Source: Candidatus Saccharimonadia bacterium
Lineage (GTDB): Bacteria; Patescibacteriota; Saccharimonadia; UBA4664
DNA length: 53,236 nt
Direction of reading: 5' to 3'
NCBI GenBank assembly: GCA_038251135.1
Contig: JBBSBR010000003.1
Coordinates: 1 to 53,236, forward strand
Part shown: positions 46,243 to 53,236 of the stretch, in pieces
Layout: every line of letters starts with the position of its first letter
Numbering within the stretch: position 1 is the first letter of the stretch
Notes under the pieces: generated by a model
Databases searched by the model: none
Seen by the model: only the letters and a program-made list of their open reading frames with translations
Told to the model about the DNA's origin: nothing
Program-made: the position numbers and the translations under genes

Positions 46243-47328
46243 ATGAATAATAACCAGCAGCCGCGCAAAGTGCATTACGACGAGGCTGATGAAACTTTTC
46301 CCCCGTCCGCAACGCCGACTCCGTCCGTGGCTCAGCCCAGTCCTCCGTTACCGCCACCCCGCCCCCACAAGCGCCATTGGGGGCGCATAGCCGGTGCGAT
46401 TGTGCTTCTGATATTGTTGGGGCTTGGTATATATGTGGCTGTCTTGATCAAAAACGTTGCAAAAATATCAACATCTCCTTTTACATTAACGCCTTTGGCA
46501 GCGGATTCCACCGGTCGTACCAACGTATTGTTGCTGGGCGAAGGCGACGCGGGTCACGCGGGTGAAGGTTTATCCGATACCATGATGCTGCTCAGCATCA
46601 ATAAGCCCACGAATCAGACGGCCCAAGTCAGCATTCCGCGCGATCTGCGCGTGCCCATCCCGGGCTACGGCTATGCTAAGATCAATAGTGCCAATGCTCA
46701 GGGCGGCGTTACGTTGGCCCAGCAGACGGTAAGCAACACCTTCGGCGTGCCGATTTATTATTTCGTCTCAACGAATTTCAGCGGACTGGTATCGGTGATT
46801 GATTCGGTTGGCGGCATTGAGGTTGACGTCCGAGAGCGCCTCTATGACCCCGAGTATCCTTGCGACAACAATCAGTATTTGGCTTGCGGGATGGACATAC
46901 AACCCGGGTTACAGCATATGGACGGCGCAACCGCCCTCAAGTATGTGCGTTGCCGTAAGGGCACATGCGGCAACGACTACGGACGGGCGTTGCGCCAGCA
47001 AGAGGTCGTAAATTTACTGGTCGCTAAGATTATGACCTGGCAGACGCTCCTGAACCCGTCGAAGCTTATTCCTTTGACCAGCTCCTTGAGCGGTGCACTG
47101 AAGACCAATATGGGCGCCGTGCAGATGGGGGAGTTTGGTTTGAGTTGGCTCAGCGGCCGGAAGCACCAGCCGATAACGTTGGTGCTGTCGACTTTTCCGG
47201 GCAACTACCTCGTTGACGACCCGTCATCGAGCGACTTATTGCCCAAGGGCGGCAATTTCACCACGATTTCCAACCGCATTGAAAATATCTTCACTTTGCC
47301 GACGCTCGCGAGCGATATACCTAAGTAG
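46243..47328 (+). CDS. LytR-CpsA-Psr (LCP) family protein
   Basis: NVLLLG, SDTMML, SIPRD, KINSA, ALKYVR.R, DYGRALRQQ. Confidence 0.93.
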   Translation: MNNNQQPRKVHYDEADETFPPSATPTPSVAQPSPPLPPPRPHKRHWGRIAGAIVLLILLGLGIYVAVLIKNVAKISTSPFTLTPLAADSTGRTNVLLLGEGDAGHAGEGLSDTMMLLSINKPTNQTAQVSIPRDLRVPIPGYGYAKINSANAQGGVTLAQQTVSNTFGVPIYYFVSTNFSGLVSVIDSVGGIEVDVRERLYDPEYPCDNNQYLACGMDIQPGLQHMDGATALKYVRCRKGTCGNDYGRALRQQEVVNLLVAKIMTWQTLLNPSKLIPLTSSLSGALKTNMGAVQMGEFGLSWLSGRKHQPITLVLSTFPGNYLVDDPSSSDLLPKGGNFTTISNRIENIFTLPTLASDIPK

Positions 47329-47478
47329 CCCCAATAGGGTAGCTGCGAACGCAAAAGGTGAGGCGGCACGCACTCTGCAACGGGCGGACGCTAGGCGGCC
47401 GCTGCGCTATCGGCTTACGGCAGGCTTTGTGCTGGCGGGCAATTCGGCTTATGCTAGAAGAGCATAAGTGGTATATCG

Positions 47479-49110
47479 ATGATTCCAAAATCCAGTTCAA
47501 GCCGTTGGTATGAGCGCAGCGTACTCTACCAAGTCTATCCGCTCAGCTTTGCCGACTCGAATTCGGATGGGTTTGGTGACCTCAAGGGCGTAATCAGCCA
47601 CCTGGATTACCTTAATGACGATACGCCGGAGTCGCTGGGCGTGGGGGCTATCTGGCTCTCGCCGGTCTTCAAGTCACCCATGGCGGACTGGGGCTATGAC
47701 ATATCCGACTACAACCAGATTGATCCTAAATTTGGCGACATCTCCGATCTCGACATCCTCGTCTTTGAGGCCCATAAGCGCGATATCAAGGTCTTACTCG
47801 ACCTAGTCGCCAACCACACCTCTAGCGAGCACCCGTGGTTTAAGGCCTCTCGCTCAAGCAGGACCGATCCCAAACGTAACTGGTATATCTGGGCCGACCC
47901 CAAGCCGGACGGGATGCCGCCCAATAACTGGCTGTCCCGCTTCCAGGGACCGGCGTGGACGTTGGACGAGCATACCGGCCAGTACTATATGCATACTTTT
48001 TTGAGCCAACAACCGGATCTCAATTGGCGTAACGCGGATGTCAGGCAGGCGATGGGCAAGATGATGAACTTCTGGCTGGAACGGGGAATCGACGGTTTTC
48101 GTGCGGATGCGGTTACCTCACTGCTTAAGGATGCCCAACTGCGCGACGATGAGCCAAACCCGGAGTACAGGCCCGGTACAGATGAGCCGAGCGAGCGCAA
48201 TATTAGGACTCGCAGCGAAGTTCGAACGGAATCTGTAGATATAATTACAACGTTTTGTGAAATTATGAGCAAATCCGGCGACAAGCTCCTCGTATCTGAG
48301 GCTTATCTTGATATTCCGGGCATGCAGGAACTTTACCGTGCGTGCGACGACCATCCGCTCCACGCGCCGTTTAATTTCAACCTGATCGGGCTTGGTTGGT
48401 CGGCCGCCGGCTTCCGTTCATTCATTGATGAATACGAAGCTTCAATGCGGCCGGAGGATATTCCGAACTATGTTTTGGGCAATCATGATCGATCGAGAGT
48501 CGTCACCAGGGTCGGTTATGATCGTGCCAGGCTGCTGGCGATGCTTCAGCTGACGTTGCGGGGTCTGCCGGTCATTTACTACGGTGAGGAGCTGGGAATG
48601 ACGGACATCGACGTCCCCCCCAAGCAGCAGCGGGATATTAACTCGGTGACTTCGCAGGGCGAGGGCCGTGACGGCGTGCGTACGCCAATGCCCTGGTCGA
48701 CTGATGATGTAATTACTACAACAGATATAAATTGGCTTCCCAAAGGAATAAACTCAGGACAATTGAGTGTCGAAAATCAAACCACCGATCCTCAGTCGAT
48801 GCTTAGTTTCTACCGCCATCTCATTCACTTGCGCCAAACGTTGATCGCACTGCACCGAGGCTCATATCGTTCATTGCAGACGTCCGATCCGGACGTTTAT
48901 GGGTACGTACGCGAAGACGGGTTGCAAAAATGTTATGTATTCTTGAATTTTTCTCCCAGCCCAAGCTCGGTTAGCGTTGGGCGGATCGGGCGATGGATAG
49001 CCGGAACCCATTTGGTGGATGGCGACGGAGAAACACTGGAGATTCCCGAGCTGACACTCGAAGGTTATGAGGGGCGGCTATATGAATTAAGACGGGGTGA
49101 GAAGTTATGA
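47479..49110 (+). CDS. GH13 alpha-glucosidase / oligo-1,6-glucosidase
   Basis: YQVYPLSFADSN.DG.GDL, DLVANHTS, DGFRADAV, NHD, RDGVRTPM. Confidence 0.93.
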   Translation: MIPKSSSSRWYERSVLYQVYPLSFADSNSDGFGDLKGVISHLDYLNDDTPESLGVGAIWLSPVFKSPMADWGYDISDYNQIDPKFGDISDLDILVFEAHKRDIKVLLDLVANHTSSEHPWFKASRSSRTDPKRNWYIWADPKPDGMPPNNWLSRFQGPAWTLDEHTGQYYMHTFLSQQPDLNWRNADVRQAMGKMMNFWLERGIDGFRADAVTSLLKDAQLRDDEPNPEYRPGTDEPSERNIRTRSEVRTESVDIITTFCEIMSKSGDKLLVSEAYLDIPGMQELYRACDDHPLHAPFNFNLIGLGWSAAGFRSFIDEYEASMRPEDIPNYVLGNHDRSRVVTRVGYDRARLLAMLQLTLRGLPVIYYGEELGMTDIDVPPKQQRDINSVTSQGEGRDGVRTPMPWSTDDVITTTDINWLPKGINSGQLSVENQTTDPQSMLSFYRHLIHLRQTLIALHRGSYRSLQTSDPDVYGYVREDGLQKCYVFLNFSPSPSSVSVGRIGRWIAGTHLVDGDGETLEIPELTLEGYEGRLYELRRGEKL

Positions 49111-49916
49111 AGTTAGTCTTTGACATCGGCGGAACCAATACTCGGCTGGGTTTGGTTCATCAAGGCAAATTGGGTCCGACCAGACACTTCAAGACGGATA
49201 CGTCGGCTCACGGGATCGACTCCATGCTTGACCGGACGCAAGAGTTTACGGCCGGACATCGGCTCGACGGCATCGCCGGGGGATTGCCGGGACAGATCGA
49301 CCGTGTTACTGAGCGGATTGTTCACGCCACAAACCTGCCGAACTGGGAGGGTCAGATCTTTACCGCGGCTTTGCGGGACCGTCTGGGCGCACCGGTTACG
49401 GCCGTGAACGACGTGATGATCGGCGGACTTGGCGAGGCGAATTACGGAGCCGGCAAAGGACGTTCGATTGTGGCTTACTTTACGGTAAGCACCGGCGTTA
49501 ACGGCGTCAGGATCATCGACGGCAGCCTGGATCGGAATGCTCGCGGATTCGAGGTTGGCGCCCAGCTCATGAGTGACGACGAGGGTAATTTGTCGACGCT
49601 CGAGGGTCTCACGGGCGGTGCGGCGCTTAACCGTCGGACCGGTAGCGACCCACGCAATATCCATGACCCTGCGATATGGCGTCAGGAGGCGCGTTTTCTA
49701 GCGCGCGGCCTATATAACAGTTGCTTGCATTGGTCGCCCGACGTCGTAGTTCTGGGGGGTCCCATGATGCATGATATTTCGATCGACGAGATTATTTCAG
49801 AAATGCATCAGCACCCCGACATGACTGGAGGATGGCCCGAAATAGTACCTGCAATCCTTGGAGACGAGCGTGGGCTGCAGGGCGCGATATCGCTATTGGG
49901 TTACAAAACGCCGTAA
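49107..49916 (+). CDS. ROK-family sugar kinase
   Basis: DIGGTN, NDV..G.GE, TVSTGV, VVLGG; coupled to the glucosidase. Confidence 0.9.
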   Translation: MKLVFDIGGTNTRLGLVHQGKLGPTRHFKTDTSAHGIDSMLDRTQEFTAGHRLDGIAGGLPGQIDRVTERIVHATNLPNWEGQIFTAALRDRLGAPVTAVNDVMIGGLGEANYGAGKGRSIVAYFTVSTGVNGVRIIDGSLDRNARGFEVGAQLMSDDEGNLSTLEGLTGGAALNRRTGSDPRNIHDPAIWRQEARFLARGLYNSCLHWSPDVVVLGGPMMHDISIDEIISEMHQHPDMTGGWPEIVPAILGDERGLQGAISLLGYKTP

Positions 49917-50037
49917 TAATTACAACAATATATGATATTTTGTTCATTTGACCGCTTCGGTGCGACAAAATAGTGTCTTCGGCTTGTCGCTTATGCTAAA
50001 ATTTAGGGTAACTTAACTGCATGGTGAGCAGACCAAG

Positions 50038-52053
50038 ATGAAATGCCCAAAGTGTGCTGCCCAACTTCTGCTCGTTCAGAACGATTATTTTTGTTTGCAG
50101 TGCGGGGAGCTCATATACGGTTCAAGCGTCAAGGGCGAGGCGGTCGAGCTGTTGCAACTGGAGACGACCTCTGAGCCGGTTCTTAGGCGTGCCATTTTGG
50201 ACGCATCGGATAGTTTGGTCGAGTTTCTTCCGTCGGGGGCGAATACCTCGGCGGCCGATAGCCGTCCGGCCGCATCGACTGCGGCACCGCTGCTTGAGGC
50301 CACTTCAGAGCGCGGGCTACATGAAGTCCTATCACTGTCGGCGAAAGCGCAACTGACTACGTCGGAAACTGCAGTTCCGCCCCCTCCGGTAACTCCGACG
50401 GTTTCGCCGTCTGCCGCGCCGTCACCATTACCGCCCCCTCCGGCACGAGCCGAACCTCCGTATAAATCCGATCTGCATGAACCGGTAGCTGCGGCTACGC
50501 CTGAGGCCAATACCGTTCCCAAGCCGCCAAATGTCCCCACACCGGCACCTGAGCCTGAGCCCGGTCCCGTGCCGGTAATCCCCGGTACCGTGCAACCGGC
50601 GGCCGCTTCCGCTCCGCCGCCCGGCCCGGCGGCGCCCGGGCATCCGTCTCCGCCGGTTTCACTCCATCACTGGAGTCATAATCTCGCTTTCGTGAGCGTG
50701 GCGCTGGGGGTATTGGCACTAGCGAACCTCACCGTCGGCTGGTACTTTCAGGATAAGTTCTATCCGGGAGTCTCGGTGGGCGGGCAACAGGTCGGCGGAA
50801 CGCCGCTGGCCAGTGCTTCATCCAAGATCGGCGTGATTAAAACATTGGACTATGTGGATTTCGTAGTGGGGTCAACGAACTACCGCCTCAAGGCGGCCGA
50901 TCTGGGAGTCGAAGTGGATACGGCCTCAATCATTGAGCGGGCCAAGCAGATCGGTCACGATGCGCCGTTCCCCATGATGGGTCTCTATCAATCGCTCCGG
51001 GGTCAGTCGGTAACGGCCGTCTATGCCGTAGACGAGAAGATTTTTGAGTCTAAGGTGGCTCAGATTGCGGCCGAGCAGAGTCATGCGGCAACCCCGGCCA
51101 GGGCATTGGTGGTCGGGTCGAACGTCGTATCGCTGAGCGATAAGGCCGGACAGCAGGTAGAGGCCGATAAGCTCGCTGCCGGTATTAAATCGGCGATCAG
51201 GACTCAAACGAAGGTCGTCATCGACGCTGCCGAGATCGAGGCGCCGGTGAAACTTGACACCTACAAGGCCGACATCGATGCAGTTCAGGCCCGTCTCGGC
51301 TTGGCGATTTCGATCAAGATTAAGCTCAAGACAATTACCGTACCGGCTTCCGAGATTGCCAAGTGGGTCGGTTTCGGTGAACCCGGCAGTGGCGCTCTCA
51401 TCAATCAAGCCCGTATCGCCGATTACGTGGGTACGCTTGGGAGCGGTTTTGACCGGGCGGCGGCCGTTACCGCTTTGGCCGCGACCCTGAATTCGGGTAC
51501 GAATTTAGCCTATACCGCCAACATTAAGAAGACGACGGCCCTGCCGAAACCCGCGGCCGGCGATCAGGCGCCGGTTCGGCTACAATACTGCATTGCCTCC
51601 ATGGGTGCGACCGACGGCGACATCAGCGGTCTGGCGGCCAAACTCGAGTCGACCTATGCCGATTCGCGCGGCTGGGGTCTCGGCGGGTTGATTCTCTATA
51701 ATCAGGTCGCTTCGGGCTGCAATTATACCGTCTGGCTCGTATTGCCGTCGGCTATGGATTCGTTCAGCCCGGCCTGCCATAACCAGTCAACCTGCAGGGT
51801 AGGCAATAATGTGGTGCTGAACAGGGATAACTGGAACACGCCGCCAAACAATTGGACCGGAACGGCGGAGGATTATCGCAGCGAGCTCATTAACCACGAG
51901 ACCGGCCACTGGCTCGGTTTTGACCACTTAGCCTGCGGCAAGGGAGCGACGGCACCGATTCAGGCTACAAACGTCCTCATCTGGGGCTGCTCTCCCAATT
52001 GGTGGAGCGTGCCGGCCGAACTTCAGGACATCAAAGTTCTGGCAGGTTTCTAA
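50038..52053 (+). CDS. Membrane protein: Zn-ribbon, Pro-rich linker, TM, YoaR-like peptidoglycan-binding region, DUF3152-like zincin
   Basis: CPKC..CLQC; PGVSVGG..VGG; DSRGW...INHETGHWLGFDH. Confidence 0.75.
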   Translation: MKCPKCAAQLLLVQNDYFCLQCGELIYGSSVKGEAVELLQLETTSEPVLRRAILDASDSLVEFLPSGANTSAADSRPAASTAAPLLEATSERGLHEVLSLSAKAQLTTSETAVPPPPVTPTVSPSAAPSPLPPPPARAEPPYKSDLHEPVAAATPEANTVPKPPNVPTPAPEPEPGPVPVIPGTVQPAAASAPPPGPAAPGHPSPPVSLHHWSHNLAFVSVALGVLALANLTVGWYFQDKFYPGVSVGGQQVGGTPLASASSKIGVIKTLDYVDFVVGSTNYRLKAADLGVEVDTASIIERAKQIGHDAPFPMMGLYQSLRGQSVTAVYAVDEKIFESKVAQIAAEQSHAATPARALVVGSNVVSLSDKAGQQVEADKLAAGIKSAIRTQTKVVIDAAEIEAPVKLDTYKADIDAVQARLGLAISIKIKLKTITVPASEIAKWVGFGEPGSGALINQARIADYVGTLGSGFDRAAAVTALAATLNSGTNLAYTANIKKTTALPKPAAGDQAPVRLQYCIASMGATDGDISGLAAKLESTYADSRGWGLGGLILYNQVASGCNYTVWLVLPSAMDSFSPACHNQSTCRVGNNVVLNRDNWNTPPNNWTGTAEDYRSELINHETGHWLGFDHLACGKGATAPIQATNVLIWGCSPNWWSVPAELQDIKVLAGF

Positions 52054-52069
52054 ACGTCGACCTGAGACG

Positions 52070-53236
52070 CTACGAGCCGAGCGCGCGGTAGACTTCATCG
52101 AGCGTGGTATCGCCAGCCAGCGCCTTCAAGACGCCATCCTGAATGAGGGTAATCATGCCGTCTTTCTTGGCCGCTTCCTCGATCGCCTGAACCGTGGTAG
52201 CCGAGCTGCCTTTGGCTACGAGCCCGATCATCGGCGGCGTCATCTCGAGTTGTTCCACGATGTTGATGCGCCCCTTGAAGCCGAAGTTATGGCACTCCGG
52301 GCAGCCGACGGCCTTGTGGAGCTTGATGGCGTCGAAGTCGGGTTTGAGCTTGGCCGGAAGATCGTTTAAGGCGGTCTTGATTTCGAGGAGTTCTTGCTTG
52401 TCCGGCGTATACTCGGCGCGGCAGACGGTGCAGAGACGGCGAACCAGCCGTTGGGCCATAATGAGACTGATGGCTGACGACAGCAGGGGGTTTTGGCCGA
52501 TCATATCCATGAGCCGTGTAATGGCCGCCGCGCTCGATGAAGCATGGAAGGTCGAGAGAACGAGGTGACCGGTGAGGGCGGCCTGCAGTGCCGTCTTGGC
52601 CGTGTCGGCGTCCCGGATTTCACCGATCATGATGGTATCGGGGTCTTCGCGCAGAACGGCGCGGAGTTTGTCGCTGAACGATTGCATGTCTTCGGTATGT
52701 ACCGGAACCTGCGAGATGCCGTTCAGCTCGTATTCGATCGGGTCTTCCAGGGTTACGATCTTGACCTCGGGCTGGTTGAGATGGTTTAAGATTGAGTACA
52801 GCGTGGAGGTTTTGCCCGATCCGGTCGGACCGACGACCAGAACCATGCCGCGGGGGTGGGCGATGGCACGTAACAACGCCTCGTTCTGATCAGGGGTCAG
52901 GTGCAGGTTCTCGAGATTCATAAACTCGGTCGAGATGTTGAAGAGGCGCACGACGACGTCCTGGCCGAAGAGGGAGGGTATCGTCTCAAGGCGCATGTTG
53001 AGCTCGACTTCATCGCCAAGGTCGTTGATTACGCGGGTATTCACGCGCCCTCCCTGCGGGGTGTCGGCGCCCCATTTGACACTGGCGCGCATCTGCAAGT
53101 CGCTCGTTAAGAGGTCGTAGCGGTCACGGGGGATTATAATGATCGGGTGGAGCGTGCCGTCGATACGAAAGCGGAGGCGGGCTTCATTGGCGCTGGGTTC
53201 CAGGTGAATATCGGATGCTCCGAGCTGATAGGCCAG
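52070..53236 (-). CDS. GspE/PilB-family secretion/pilus ATPase, 5'-truncated by the window
   Basis: ASDIHLEP, GPTGSGKT, TLEDPIE, LREDPD.IMIGEIRD, TGHLVLSTFH, tetracysteine motif. Confidence 0.93.
   Translation of the reverse strand: MAYQLGASDIHLEPSANEARLRFRIDGTLHPIIIIPRDRYDLLTSDLQMRASVKWGADTPQGGRVNTRVINDLGDEVELNMRLETIPSLFGQDVVVRLFNISTEFMNLENLHLTPDQNEALLRAIAHPRGMVLVVGPTGSGKTSTLYSILNHLNQPEVKIVTLEDPIEYELNGISQVPVHTEDMQSFSDKLRAVLREDPDTIMIGEIRDADTAKTALQAALTGHLVLSTFHASSSAAAITRLMDMIGQNPLLSSAISLIMAQRLVRRLCTVCRAEYTPDKQELLEIKTALNDLPAKLKPDFDAIKLHKAVGCPECHNFGFKGRINIVEQLEMTPPMIGLVAKGSSATTVQAIEEAAKKDGMITLIQDGVLKALAGDTTLDEVYRALGS

Overview
53 kb of a moderately GC-rich bacterial chromosome. Gene content and RNA signatures point to Patescibacteria/CPR, probably Saccharibacteria (inference from MurT/GatD, LCP, a PilB-like ATPase, comM, CPR-type hypotheticals, a long tmRNA tag and many apparently leaderless genes). 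It is mostly housekeeping: rplY, thrS, miaA, rpmB, infC-rpmI-rplT, nrdR, dinB, rnhA, glycosyltransferases, three tRNAs, RNase P RNA, tmRNA and 6S RNA. An orphan-rich stretch follows the tmRNA. I saw no integrase, transposase, reverse transcriptase or CRISPR array. The most interesting signals are non-coding. (1) An unassigned, highly structured ~390-nt RNA at 31618-32010 has its own promoter, a candidate pseudoknot and a terminator. (2) A 17-bp palindrome GTTGTA-N5-TACAAC recurs about 19 times, inside and between genes, typically in an AT-rich patch. (3) A TTCGG-N6-TTCGG operator/promoter is shared by comM, an Avd-like four-helix-bundle gene and the dinB locus. (4) A miniature Thr T-box precedes thrS. 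(5) A palindromic element is inserted in RNase P helix P3. Protein oddities include an orphan Mu Gam homologue, a stand-alone LOV domain, a 30-Cys protein and an EndoIII-like gene cut off from its Fe-S motif by a stop codon. All calls were made by eye; no searches were run.
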